A stretch of DNA of 55,749 bases, filler included, from Catajapyx aquilonaris (lineage: Eukaryota): NCBI GenBank assembly GCA_000934665.2. It is 3 parts of 3 records of this genome, joined end to end, with 100 filler letters (N's around TTAATTAATTAA, not from the genome) between each part and the next. Parts side by side here need not be neighbours in the genome. Positions count along the whole stretch, not along the records: positions 18,181 to 36,299 come from JYFJ02006772.1; 2 more parts are not named here. One strand, 5' to 3'. A program made the position numbers and the translations under genes. Of the stretch, positions 21,986 to 34,508 are shown in pieces. Position 1 is the stretch's first letter, and each line of letters begins with the position of its first letter. A model generated the notes under the pieces. The model saw only the letters and a list, made by a program, of their open reading frames with translations. It made no database searches and was not told where the DNA came from.

Positions 21986-23668
21986 AACGGGTCAAGCGAG
22001 GGCGTAAATAAATATTAATGTGAATCCTGCCACTGCTGCTGTGTCTGCCACAAAAACAACCATTAATGTTATCTTGGGTTCAAAGGTGACACTATTAAAT
22101 GTCTGTCTGATTCATACTCAGGAATGTAAGAGACACATCCTGTGTGCATGAACCCCTGGATTCTCTACAATGGCCTGCATAAGTATGTCAGAAATTTCCA
22201 TACATTCCCAGCATGCTGGAATTGTGCAATCAGGCATGCGGCCAACTCAACAGGAGGAAGGATTGGTTAGAAAACAATGGCATAATGTGTACTGAAGTAG
22301 AGCACCCTGTTCCAAGACAATTTTCTGACATGTTTCCGTTGTAGGCTGATATGACAAAAATTACTTGAAAATCCCATACCAGGAATGATTGAATATTCTG
22401 TTACTGACAGGGTTCGGCTGAATCCAGGTTCTCTTACAAACTGGTTGGTACGATTCCAGCTTACACTATAAAGGGCAGGGATCGGCAGGGACAACTCCTG
22501 TTAGGCATGTCAAGGTTCAAATTGTAAGTAAGGAGGAGACTGAACTGCCTGAAACGTACCGCACATTGGTAGACTGTATATATGCAGATGGCGATAAGTG
22601 GACCCACGAGGAGCATCAAGAGGCACTTTCCCTTGTGGGAGGCAATCATCTCATTGATTGTGGTGAAACACTGCACGAAGTGGGTGTCATCGGTGTGCAC
22701 AGGAGGAAAAACCAATAATAATGAATCAGTCATCACAGTACAACTCATACCTTTATGTATATGTATGCACTCCCACTGACCTTTGGCAGCCGCAGCTGGT
22801 CCTCATCTGCCCTGTTCTTCCTGGGGCGAACCTTCCGCTTCTGCCGCACTGCAGCAACCTTCAGGAGCCGTTCATCAGCCACTGCCTTCTTATTAGGGGT
22901 GGCCTCTCTTGGATTAGTCTCCATCATGAAGGTAACCGTGTTGTGCAACAACTTTCCGCGCTGAGAGTGAGTCATGGTGACAATGTCCTACTCCAACCAG
23001 CTCTGCAGCTGCAACTGTTATTTGACTCGTGTCTCATGCCCCCTTCTTTCCCCCAGTCCACACCTACTTCCCGACCAAGTCCCCCACTGGTGGATGGAAA
23101 ATACAACTCTGGAATCTTCGCCAATACAAAACGTCTGTTCGCTTCAGGCGCGTGATTTGCCAGCAAGATAGGTATTAACAAAATAGTTCTACTTATTTTC
23201 TTTGCAGTTCCCCATAAACTTAATTTATTCAACAACATTGTCAACAACGAACAAAATGTTCTTTACAAGCAAAAATGCTTTGAGCACATGAACTCAATAT
23301 GAGACCATGTTTTACAAAAACCAAGCATACATGAAAGATTAGGGTTTTCTCGGCTTCATTTTCTTGCGGCAGGTAAAAAGACTTTTACCATACGAATCCT
23401 TGGGACCTATGTATGCCAAGCTGCTTCCAGACAGTTGCGTAAAACTTGTCTATGAAAACTTGCAGGGGCTTGCCACAAGCCAAGAATCAACACCCCACCT
23501 GGTCAGCAGAGATGCGACAACCTGAGCGTGAGATAATGACAATAATAATATGTAAAATTAAAGGCAGTCCCCATCACAGTAAATTTTGGGTAGGCCATGT
23601 GTACGCTGTGCTGGGTCATTAATAAAAAGTTAGTTCAAATTCCTCGGATATCATTAGCCCTCACACCT

Positions 23669-25819
23669 TCACTCAATCATTTCTCCCAACACAGAGAGCC
23701 TCTCCAAAAATGTCCTGGCTGTACACTTCAACAATGCAAAGTCAGCGTCACTAATTGGTTTATTATCTGCAGATGTCCTTGTTTTCTTGAGCAGCTCTTG
23801 TGCATCAAATGGCTCCGGAGGTATCTCTGCGGCCAGCTCTGAACTCTTATCTGAGCTAGTCAACTGTCGCTCTGGACGAAACGGCTCTAGCAAAGTGTCA
23901 CGCTCCGGGTTAGTCTGTATCCGGTTCGAGAAATCAGGTGCTGCATCGGGATCGGACTTGTTTTCTGGAATGGCATCTGGTACAGGATCTGAAACCCGAA
24001 AAAACAATAAGTCATGAATGGCATCAGTATATTAGTTGCCCTTGGCATGCAAACTGCCGTTCACCACTTGTGAATGTTACGATGTGTTTAATTTTACACT
24101 AACCCTTTGGAATGGGAGCAGGCCTTTCCTTCTTCAGAACTTGCCCACGGAAGCTTCCAAATGCTTCAGGATCCAGTATCCCCAAAACATTGCCAGATAG
24201 GTCTTCATAGATGTTGCGTTCACCACTGCAGCAATGAAGTGCTCCTGGATCCACAGGATGGGCCTCCGTGTTGAAAACGTATCCTCCAGCATACACCACA
24301 CAGGGACCCCAGGGCATCTGGATAACCTCCCCAGTCCCGCCATCTGCATTTAAAAAATTGTCCGGGTCGAACAGCAGGTAAAGATATTTAGTAGTTTCTG
24401 CCAAAAAGAATGATTCCATCCGGTCCTCAAGCTGGTGTGTGCGCACATCTCTCACTGTGGCATACCCACAATGGGTGCGTGCGCTGTGCCTCACACTTTC
24501 CAGAATATCCTCTCCGACCCACAAGAGGTACGGGTCATGCGTTGCCAGGTAGAGGTACAGAACTGACTCAGCCAGTTCAGGACGAAGTGGATACCCTTCC
24601 CGATGCAGGCTTGCCTCACCCTGTGGAATGTTGTAGAACTCTGGTGTGAACCCATACTGTTTCCAGACCTGATGATAGTTGTGCAAGGACTTGATGGCTG
24701 ATGACAAATCCCCAGCAAGGCTGAGCAAACCAGGCCAATAAGCCTCCAGGCTCTGGAACACTGGGAGGGTCACCTGACCCTTGTGCATAGACACCCAAAA
24801 GTGCCAGTCATCCCTCCGCAGCCACCTATCAATGGACGCCTTTCCATCGTTGAATGCATCAATCATCTCAGGCAAACCCAACAATGATCCTCCTTTAACT
24901 AGGTACTCATAGTAGGAGTCTACGCCAGCACCTATCCCCGCATCCTGTGCTGTCCAGCGTCCTGTCAACACATCGATGTGGTTGCCCATAAGACCGAGGG
25001 CAGATTTGCGGCGGGTCAGGCTCCTCATGGCGTAAACAGCCACCTCCTCATACGTCGGGTCACCTGTCAGTCTAACAAAAGCACTCAGTACATTTGCTGC
25101 ACATTTAATTACAACCTGTACATACCTAGAGAGCGTCCCAAACTCCACCAAAAACGTGCCAACTCCAGCCGTGCATGTAACAGGTGTCTCCCCAACTGGA
25201 ACCCCATGTCGCAGGTTCACAGTCCCGTATGGCATACCAGTTGGGGTATCAAAGGCAGGAAGCAACCGTCTAGCCACATCCTCAGCCATGGCAAGCAAGG
25301 GTCCATTGCAAGGCCAGCCCGGCTCCACCTCCACCGCCATCTTACGAGACAACAGGTGAGCCGACAACAGCCCGCCCACCACCCGTATGTTGGTCTCAAA
25401 CACCGACACATTCTGATCAAAATCAAAGCTGTTCTTCTGACTAGTCAGCAACGCTGCCACCCGTCTAAATTCAGTCGCATTTCCCAACACTGCTAGTGTG
25501 TCCAGGGCATCAATAAGGGTCAGCGAGTATGACCCCCAGGTGTCCACCCCATCGCACGACAGTGGCCGCAACTCATCATACGGATACGCATACTTGATGT
25601 ACCTATGGAAATCTATATAAATACTAATCCTTCAACACAACCTGTTACCCACCCGTTGTATGAGTGCCAGAACATATCCCGCACATCCTCCCGCAGTTGC
25701 CTTATCCTCTCCGGTGTATACTCCCTAGGCGGTACCCCCATCCTGACTGTCTTCAGGCGTCCAAAGCAGCATTGTGTCCATAACAGTGCGCACCAGGCAC
25801 ACACCCAGTGCATACGCAT
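23669..25819 (-). CDS. EDEM2: ER degradation-enhancing alpha-mannosidase-like protein 2 (GH47)
   Basis: Exons 25819-25653 (signal peptide), 25602-25126, 25071-24104, 23988-23669. Motifs [76 protein letters not shown] and FNTEAHP. Confidence 0.95.
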
Positions 25820-26098
25820 CACAATACGTACCTTTTAGACCCGCCAACACATCAGGCTAGGTCTGTCCTAGGACGTGGCCATCTTGAACCAGGAATACCA
25901 ACCTGTAGTTGGCAACACTGACACAAGTAATATTATTTTTATTGATTATGATACATGGCCAGTTGAAAGATATACAAGTCATATGATTCAACACAGCCAG
26001 CTCTATATAATTTTTTAAACATTACCCACTTATAGGGGGATGGAATACCACCATTTTTCCTTCAATTTTTAGCCACATCTATATTATATTTTAAAATT

Positions 26099-27618
26099 TT
26101 ACTCGACGTCAACTGTATCGCTGAAGAATGATTTGGGTCGACAGTATTTCGTATTGTAGCCCAACTTGTCCGCAAGGATTTCTATGTACTCCACTACAGC
26201 TTGGCCGATGTCCTCCGCATGCTCTCCGTCATTCAATATCCCTTTGTCCACATGAACAGTGATGGCCAACTTGTCCACGTAGCCCAGAAGGAGTATGGAT
26301 ACACCTGCAATGTAAAACTGGGTTGAATCACATCCGGATGCAATACAATTAATAATAATTTACCAGCAAGGTCTAATACCACGGACGCTAACGACATGGA
26401 TGATATCCGGTTGTTGCATAATTTCCAGTGTTTCCGTGGGCCTGGAAGGTTGCTTAAAATTGCTGCCATGTTGTTGTGCTGAGCTATGAATTGAACCAAA
26501 AAGTACGGCAGGTGAGGTACAATGTGATGGGATAGCAAATGAAACTGGTAGAGTTCCAGGGTACGGTGACGCCAGTGGGACAAAACTGGAGTCGTGGCCC
26601 TCAGATGTTCCAAGGGATCCTCTATGATGCCTTGCACCACGGGGAAGTACAAGATGGAAATGCTGTTGCTAACAGCGTCTTGAGCGTAAGCAGGAACTGC
26701 ATATGGAATGGCGTACGGAATTGTTCCGAGTTCATACTGGCGAAAGTGGTAGCACAGGGCAGCACATGCGGAAGAATGTATCACATCGGAGAAGTTAATC
26801 TTTGCTTTTTTCTTGATGAACGTAATCAATTTCATGTTGATGGAAGTAGTGTGGTATACAGAGTCATAGGTGAGGGACGGAAGTTTTGTACCGAGAACAA
26901 TGCGGCTGTACAGCTTGGGAAGGCTGAATAGTGGCAGAGTGAACAAGGCTCGTAAGATCATCCAACTAGATGGGGTCAAGCTCTGAACTTTCATACGGTA
27001 AGTTTTGGCCGATTCAAAAATGTACTGGCTAAGCACCGACAACATCGTTGCCCCGTCTGACATAGCGTGGTGAAATCGCAGAAATATGGAAAACTTTGCA
27101 TCACCATCCAGCATGATTTTGGGTACCACTACGAGATCCCAGAGTGGTCTTCCAGGTTCAAAACCATTCTTGACCATCACGGTAGCAATGTCTATGGCTT
27201 CACTCGGCTGATACATTCTGCCAGTATTGATGCCATCAGCAATCCGTACATGATGATTGATATCCACGTTAACCGGTTTCCAGTACAGCTGTCCTAATAC
27301 CAAAGTCGGAACTGCTTGGAAGGGAAGAGACGCAGGATGCTGGAAGTACTTCAAAAATCGACTTTGTACACAGTTCAGGTACTCAGTTGAATAGTCAGCA
27401 TCCACAATCATATGTAACACTATTGTGCAACATGCATTGTCCGAGCGCATGTACAACATAGCTCCGAGTCCTTCAACAGGCTTCCATCCATGAACACAGC
27501 ACACCCATAGTCGAGAGAATGCCCGAAACGGGGCGTACACAAGAAGAGTTGGTAACAGAACGAAAATCCAAAGAAAGAAATTTAGAATTGCACGGAAAGC
27601 AGGTGTAACAAACTCCAT
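26099..27618 (-). CDS. Wax ester synthase/diacylglycerol acyltransferase (WS/DGAT)-like protein, paralog 1
   Basis: Exons 27618-26364 and 26304-26099. N-terminal TM segment, RPLWDLVVV, catalytic motif RFHHAMSDG (HHxxxDG) and C-terminal ILSNLPGP. Confidence 0.85.
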
Positions 27619-28140
27619 CTCGAGTCACCACTGTCAGTTGTACTCATAATATTCTGCTTTGCTATTGCAACAGATCAATAATTTTATATAAAGCCTATAA
27701 TAATTATACCATAAAAATGTAATTAAAGCAAAGATAGCCGACTTCGAAACAGAAATGCATTATGTAAGATTCCTTTTCAAGGAGGAAGTATATCGTAAGG
27801 AACCCTAGAATTTTATGTACTGAAATAGGCCATAATAGATCAAATCATTGCGGAAGTTGGCTGTTTGTTTATTCGCATTTTATTGTTTAACGAGCATAAG
27901 CACAACAATATTAAAGAAAACTACGCAATGGAATTAAACGAGATTGTGAAATCTCACACCCAATTTTATGGCTATTGTCTGCAACTTCCTGACTTGACAA
28001 ATGCCATTTGTGTATAGTTGCAGATAAAGTATATGCAGTCTTTCATTTGCAAAATTATTACTTAACGATAACATTACTGACGGACGCTGCAATACCCACC
28101 AAAGAAAAGACACATATTTTTACAACTATTTAATAAATTC

Positions 28141-29402
28141 TCACTGTACAGCAGGCTGCTTAACTTCCTCCTGCGATGCTTCTGCTTCAGCAATGACCGG
28201 TCCAGTTCGTGGCAGTGGTTCTCGGGGTGGCATCCAATCAGGAATGATCTTAGCATGGATCCGCCAAACTCCATACTGATTGGACAGATGCTTCTCAAAG
28301 ACAACGTACTCAAGCACATCCTTCGCAACAACCTCACTGCCATGGCAAAGGCGTCCGAAGCGATCGTATATGGCCAGGATCTGAAACGTGAACAAAATCA
28401 GCGATGCTGCAAACCGCTCTATCATTCAACTCACTTGTTGTGTATGGAACCGGACAGTGATCTGTCCATAAATGTTGTCTTTCGAGATTACGTCTGTGCA
28501 GCGCATGTGGACAACTCTTGGAGGCTCCATGGATTTGACGAACTGCCAGTGAATTGTGTGACGTCGCACGTTGTCCATCATTTCCTGCGGAAAGTGTGGT
28601 AGACATGAATACAGATTCACAGAAATTAAAAATTGTCCTCAGGTACTCACCGGATATGCCTTTTCAGTCACAAGTGTCCGCAGCTTATGCTTGTCTTTCC
28701 TGCAAAGAAAATACACTGTTAATCAGCACTGACAGTAACCAACAGCCTCGTACTTCACTAGTGCCTCATGCGAATCGAGATATATCTGTTGCGCGTCAGC
28801 CGTGAAGTACTTTGGACTGAAATCTTCATCGAAGCTCCTGATTTTGCGTACCGCCATCATGGACTTCCCTTTCTTCTCCACAAACTCAACCGTCTGCTTC
28901 GTTCCCTGTAAATTACAAACGGTCAGTATCATGGCATAGTTGCTTCCGGTTGCTTCATGTGTACATACCGATAGCGAGACAGCTGACATCTTCCCGTCTC
29001 CTTCTGGTGGCACGTACGGTTCGAAGACGGCTCCGGTGCAGCTTATGTTGATGGGCCTTTCGATCCACGGCCTGGGCGGTACGACTCCCTTTTCCTTCAG
29101 CCGACTCCGGATCTCCTCCTGGCTCAGCTCACCCTTCCGAACCATCTCCTGTTCCTCAAAGTCGGGCAGCTCCACTTTTATAACCTGCAAATAGTGTCAT
29201 CAACAGTTGCGGCTACGGTCAGTTGCGGACAGGTACCACTCACCTTCCTAGCCCTCAACTCTCGCCACTTTCGATCATAATGCTTGTTGTTCACCTTGTA
29301 GTTTGGCACCGTGGTGTGGATCAGGGCGGCCCCTGGGCAGACCCCTGGGCAGACCCCGGGGCGAAGACCACGCAAAAGCATGAGCCTCTGAGCAGCAGCC
29401 AT
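28141..29402 (-). CDS. MRPL45: 39S ribosomal protein L45, mitochondrial (Tim44-like domain)
   Basis: Exons 29402-29244, 29184-28969, 28905-28754, 28699-28651, 28584-28435, 28380-28141. Motifs [51 protein letters not shown] and [29 protein letters not shown]. Confidence 0.95.
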
Positions 29403-29755
29403 CTTGAAATATCGATAGCATCGACCACTACAGTATCTGCATACCGTATTGGTGACCTTATGACCTTGGATGTCATTTAGTAAGTCAATTACAAGCACGC
29501 GACCTTGCATTATCAGGGTCAGGTCTCCGGAGATTAAACGTTCAATAGCCACTTGGCCCATCAAGTCCCCCTGGCAACGATGGTGCAATAGACAATTCTA
29601 GGACACATAAAATGGGTATATCAGCATTTATTAAATACTGCCATGACATACAAGGTCAACACAACAAAGGTCACACGTCCAGTTACGTACAATGTCTCAC
29701 ACACTTTATAGTTTTCAACAATAACCACTGGGCTTCCCACTTCTGACACCATTGT

Positions 29756-31738
29756 CTACGGCAGGTACCAGTACTTCTTCTTACAGCAACTGCATCCACA
29801 CGGAAGAAACGACAAACACTCTAACAACAGCACAAACAACGAGATGATCCATCCAAGTACCAAGAACTTGAAGAGACCTTCCAGTCTTTCGACTGAGAAA
29901 GGTTGAGCCGGTTCTGGTATGAAGATCCCTTGTTGCCTCTGGACCCTGAGGCCTTCCATGGTGATATTGTAGTTCAAAGCGACGTCCCACTTCAGGTTGA
30001 TGCCACTTGCCAAGTAGTTGGCCACCCAGAAGTTGAAGGTGTCCACTAAGAAGCTTCCTCGGATCAGACCAACACCAACAGGCAATGAGATGAGCATATC
30101 CGGTAGAATCCGGGACTTCGGACTACCAGCTCCGTCCACTAAGGAGGTCACATGTCGGTTCAGATTGGACAGCATGGAGATACACAAGTAGTCCTCCTCA
30201 TGTCCACGAACCAGACAATCATGGATTTTCTGACCGATCATCCAGGTCTCGGACAGCCTGCCTTCTGGGGACGTCCCGATTGTCAACAGCTGGAAGATGA
30301 ACTTGGCACCAGGATCAGTCACCTGGACAAAATCGGTGGTGAATAGGTCAGCCGTGGTTTCTGGTAGCTTCTCAGGCATTGGGTAGGTCAGCAATGAGAA
30401 GAGCTTGGTACGGTATCCGGTAGCTAAGACAATACCTGCCAACAGCCAGAAGATCATGAATGTCCTGGAGGACACTGAATCCGGATCAGACGGAGGGAAC
30501 TGCTCCAGGATGCTCCAGGTCAGGTAGTTGAAAGTGTATGATGCCATACGTCGTATCCCACCCAGGTCATGCTTGGACGCTTTGGTGTAAGCCAGCAGAA
30601 TCAGCAAGAGGACCAGGGTACAAATGGCGATGGTCATGGCCAGACCCAACCATACCCATATGTCGAAAGGGTACACGAACACGGATGCGCTCAGAATAGG
30701 TCGGGGTACTCTAGTAGCGAAGGCGATGTAGTCAACCAGATACACCACCGTGAACTCCATGACCGAATAGGTAACAGTGGTCAGGAAGCTGTTGAACAAG
30801 AACGGCATCTTCTGCAAGGATACATCTGTCACCAGCCCGAACAGGATGTCACCATCGTCCTTCTCATGGCCGGCATCGTCCTTTGAGGTGTCCTTTACGA
30901 CGGACCATGTGAAGTTCATGGCCTGCGACACGAAGCATAAGTGCCGAGCATGGTGGAACTCGACTCCGTATGATGCACAGTCAGATTCGTCCATCGAGAA
31001 GATGTTCTTCAGGGTGTCGAACCGGGCTCCCTGCAGGTTCCGAGTGGTATCGTTCCAGAGTGAGTTCCATCCGCGAAACTCCGTTACGTTACCGGTGTAG
31101 TTACCGTGGTCAACGATGTCTTTCTTGCCGTTATTGCAGGCGAAGCACGTTGTGGACATCCCTACTTGCGTACCGGTCTCAACTTGCATCGGCTCCAGAC
31201 CCAGCAGGTACTTGGTCTGTGAGGCGGTACCTCCTAAAAGGTACTCTCTCGGCGGCATGTCCCTGACCCACAAGATCATCCTGTGCTTGTTCTTCTGCAC
31301 GTACGTCACGGAGGCCAAACCGGATAGAAAGCCCATCGCATCGGAGAACCTGGTTTGACATGTGGTCAGGAACAGTACGGCACATGCTGGTATGTTCTGT
31401 CTCTTGCCCTGGCTGGCGATCAGTATGGTGTCGTTGATCAGTGGTCGTTCAGTGGAACAGTCCCAATGGCTCAGTTCCTCAGGTGTTGTCCGCTGCATGA
31501 ACATTGGATGAGGGTGGGCCGTAGAGTACAGTCCTCGTAGAAGACGATGCATCGATGGAGCTAGTAAACCACTGGACTCGTGCGTGTACACCAACGGACA
31601 GGTCACAGGCACCGTTTGGGACACAATATCCAGAATCAGCGACACTGTCAGATCTTCATATTCCGGAGCTGTCATCGGTCCAGGCACCATACCGTACCCG
31701 ATGCCCGACAGCAAAATTGACAATACTATGCCCCACAT
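29756..31738 (-). CDS. Divergent ionotropic receptor (IR, variant iGluR chemoreceptor), intronless CDS, 660 aa
   Basis: Signal peptide MWGIVLSILLSG, YPFDIWVWLG plus M1, SSRTFMIFWLLAGIVLATGYRTKLFSLLTYP (M2, equivalent of SYTANLAAF), and final TM PFSVERLEGLF...LFVLLLE. AATAAA on the minus strand at 29632-29627. Confidence 0.88.
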   Translation of the reverse strand: MWGIVLSILLSGIGYGMVPGPMTAPEYEDLTVSLILDIVSQTVPVTCPLVYTHESSGLLAPSMHRLLRGLYSTAHPHPMFMQRTTPEELSHWDCSTERPLINDTILIASQGKRQNIPACAVLFLTTCQTRFSDAMGFLSGLASVTYVQKNKHRMILWVRDMPPREYLLGGTASQTKYLLGLEPMQVETGTQVGMSTTCFACNNGKKDIVDHGNYTGNVTEFRGWNSLWNDTTRNLQGARFDTLKNIFSMDESDCASYGVEFHHARHLCFVSQAMNFTWSVVKDTSKDDAGHEKDDGDILFGLVTDVSLQKMPFLFNSFLTTVTYSVMEFTVVYLVDYIAFATRVPRPILSASVFVYPFDIWVWLGLAMTIAICTLVLLLILLAYTKASKHDLGGIRRMASYTFNYLTWSILEQFPPSDPDSVSSRTFMIFWLLAGIVLATGYRTKLFSLLTYPMPEKLPETTADLFTTDFVQVTDPGAKFIFQLLTIGTSPEGRLSETWMIGQKIHDCLVRGHEEDYLCISMLSNLNRHVTSLVDGAGSPKSRILPDMLISLPVGVGLIRGSFLVDTFNFWVANYLASGINLKWDVALNYNITMEGLRVQRQQGIFIPEPAQPFSVERLEGLFKFLVLGWIISLFVLLLECLSFLPCGCSCCKKKYWYLP

Positions 31739-31953
31739 TTCGGTACCGGTATTCAACTTGAACTGAAAGCAACAGACAGCCTGCATTGCACAGGTCGATG
31801 ACTCCCTCGGGTATTCTTTTGGTATCTGACGACAAACTGACATGAATTCACGTGACGAGATTGTCATCGGACCTCCCTAAGGACCTATACAGACCGGACA
31901 AGAAGTGTATCGTGACAACTACATTTNTACTAATACCGAAGATGGAACCGTCG

Positions 31954-33474
31954 TCACTCATTCTTTTTGTACCCTAACATGTCACCTAATGTCTCAACAT
32001 TTTTAGTAAAAGTGTCAGCGATGTCCTGCACAGCATCTAGTCCACTCACAACACCTTTATCCGCATGTACCAGGAACCTCACGGTGTCCACGTAGTTCAG
32101 CACGCCGATGGATAGACCTGCAAAATGAGCAATCATATAGTACTTACTCGCTTTGCTCGGCGGGGGGTTGGTCGAAGCCCAGGGGCTTCGCCCCCTTCGT
32201 GCGCCTTCAGCGCTTGCCATCCCCGCCCGAGTCATGCAGTATTTGTACGTACCAGCGAGCCCAACATGTGATACACCAAACGACACGGATTGTACCGTTG
32301 ACTTCATGAACTTGCCGTGTGCTCGTGGTCCTGGGAGGTAACTGATAATACCCACTGCATTGTTCATCCAACGAAACAGTGTCTTCACCATGAAATAGGG
32401 CAGATAATTAACAATGAAGATGGCCCAACTGTACTGTTGCAACTGGAGGCGATGTTCCCGTATTGTTGCCCTGGTCACTCGAAGACGGTCCATCGGGTTC
32501 AGCCGTGTGTTGTGGACCGGAAGATTGAAGAAGACAATGCTGTTGCTGATTGTGTCTGTTCCGGATGGTGGTACTGCGACTGGGACACTGACACGAAATA
32601 TTTTCAACTTGAAATGATGGCATAGGGCAGCAAATCCGGATGACAGTACGACGTCCGAGAAGCTGACCTTTGCTTTGTCTTTGATGAACTGGATCAGACC
32701 TGCGTCGATAGGACGACCCAAGTGGTACCATGTCTGGTTCGTTAAAGTAACCTTGGTGTTGAGCATAACACGATCGTATATCCCATACAACAACAGGTCG
32801 GCAGGCCAGGTCAAAAGGGCAAGCACTGAGGTCAACCAGCTGGTACGTACCATCGGAATAGTCAGATTGTATTTGGCACCCTCAGCATATATGTACTTGG
32901 ACATAATAGTACCCAAAGTTGCACCGTCAGATATACAATGAGCAAATCGGAACATGAGACACCAACTAGGTCGACCTTCCATACTGACCTTTGGCACAAT
33001 GGTACAGTCCCACATGGGTGTACCCTTCTGGTAACCCTCATGCACCATCTGACTTCCCATGTCCACAACCTCTTTCTCACTATACTCCCTATGGTCAAAT
33101 CTGGCCATCCGGACATGATAGTGCAGGTCAACAACCACAGGTTTCCAGTACAGCTGAGACAACACTGTTACCGGAACAGCTCGTAACGGAAGTGACCCCG
33201 GAACACTGAGGTACGTCGCAAACCGGTCACGAACACTGGACAATACATTGGGTGTAAATTGTCCGTCAACGAAGTAAAACCCCACCGCTGTTGCATAAGT
33301 GTTTCGTTCTGTCGAAAAGAATACAGTAGCCATTCCATAAACAGGTGTCCAACCGTGGACAAAGCGTGTCCACAATCGGGACAGTGTCCAAACAGGTGCG
33401 TACAGGACCAGGAACGGTATTAGTCCGAATATCCACAAGAACAGACCTAACACAATGCTAATGATACCTCCCAT
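31954..33474 (-). CDS. WS/DGAT-like acyltransferase, paralog 2
   Basis: Exons 33474-32253 and 32117-31954. Colinear with paralog 1 (QLYWKPV, PMWD, RFAHCISDGAT, ISYLPGP, LNYVD, HADKG) and shares the same phase-1 intron position. Confidence 0.85.
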   Translation of the reverse strand: MGGIISIVLGLFLWIFGLIPFLVLYAPVWTLSRLWTRFVHGWTPVYGMATVFFSTERNTYATAVGFYFVDGQFTPNVLSSVRDRFATYLSVPGSLPLRAVPVTVLSQLYWKPVVVDLHYHVRMARFDHREYSEKEVVDMGSQMVHEGYQKGTPMWDCTIVPKVSMEGRPSWCLMFRFAHCISDGATLGTIMSKYIYAEGAKYNLTIPMVRTSWLTSVLALLTWPADLLLYGIYDRVMLNTKVTLTNQTWYHLGRPIDAGLIQFIKDKAKVSFSDVVLSSGFAALCHHFKLKIFRVSVPVAVPPSGTDTISNSIVFFNLPVHNTRLNPMDRLRVTRATIREHRLQLQQYSWAIFIVNYLPYFMVKTLFRWMNNAVGIISYLPGPRAHGKFMKSTVQSVSFGVSHVGLAGTYKYCMTRAGMASAEGARRGRSPWASTNPPPSKASKYYMIAHFAGLSIGVLNYVDTVRFLVHADKGVVSGLDAVQDIADTFTKNVETLGDMLGYKKNE

Positions 33475-34098
33475 TTTGAAGTGTGAGGACACAATGTGGC
33501 TGGTACAGCAATTTGTACCAGGTAATGCCGAAATATTTTGCAACAATATTTATTACAATAATATTTACAAAATTTTGAGTTACTGAGTTGAATAAAGTGC
33601 GGTTTATTTTTTTCACGATATTACTAAAAAAGTATAAATCTACACAATAAATCTGCTGGTAGTAATTTATGCAAATTAGATTACAGAAATATGGTTACAT
33701 CACTGTTTCATCATTTCCGCTGGTTTCGCAACCTGTTCTTAATAACCACATAAATGCCGGATTGACCAATGTACATAATTTTCGACATCCACATTATAAT
33801 CAAACACCTTGACCTTGTAATGAGCGATTTAATTCTTCTATTAGTTATGGACGTAATATTTATTTCACTGATAATGTATTATATCATTATGACTCAACTT
33901 TCTGCATATTTTTTTGATTAGACAATCGCATGCATTTATCGTTCTTCCATTCCAAATTCCAAAATCCCGCTCCAAAATCCAACATTTTTTGGAGTCATAA
34001 TGGAGCATATTAACATAATTAGCATAATCGCAATTTTTTAAAAAATCTTAGGCAACAAATAAATTTATTGTAGATATTCACATATTATGTACTGTATA

Positions 34099-34508
34099 GC
34101 TCCAATTCTTTTGGCCACTTTATCTTGGTCTTGAAGCAACCCTTCGCACAAGACACACGGTGAGGAAGTGTGTTCTTATCTTCAACTAGCTGTGGAACCG
34201 GAAGTATGTGACTGTGGGGACATGTCCCCAACAATTTCTCATATGGGGACATTTTGGGTCCTCACATCTTCACACACCAGAACGTTACCGTTATAGTGGG
34301 GACATGTCCTCACAATTTCGATTTGCAGGGTTTCACAAAAGTCCATTTCTCTCAGACTATGTTAGGTTAAGTGGTAGGTGTAGGTTAGGTGTAGGTTAAG
34401 TACAGTAGGGTTAGGTTAGGTTAGGTTAGTTCACACTATAGCTTCGAGTATGCTGGGTACGTATGTTGTGGTTCAAGACCAGGATAAAGTGGCCAAAAGA
34501 ATTTGAGC
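34099..34508. mobile_element. Non-autonomous TIR element with internal (TTAGG)n-like tract
   Basis: TIR AATTCTTTTGGCCACTTTATC(T/C)TGGTCTTGAA at both ends, with GGTTAGGTTAGGTTAGG inside (about 34360-34430). Confidence 0.75.

Noticed and set aside
22140..23250. Additional EDEM2 exons or a separate minus-strand gene
   Set aside because: EDEM2 already stops at 23669. The exon-like basic segment 22975-22781 is preceded by in-frame stops and has no recognisable homology.
31762..32253. In-frame WS/DGAT-IR fusion protein by alternative splicing
   Set aside because: The donor at 32253 is phase 1 while the acceptor before the IR is phase 0 in the IR frame.
26099..33474. Recent bacterial horizontal transfer or contamination of the WS/DGAT genes
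   Set aside because: Both have a spliceosomal intron at the same position and sit among host genes. Origin cannot be judged without a phylogeny.
34360..34430. Telomere or interstitial telomeric site (TTAGG)n
   Set aside because: Only a few units, located inside a TIR-bounded element.
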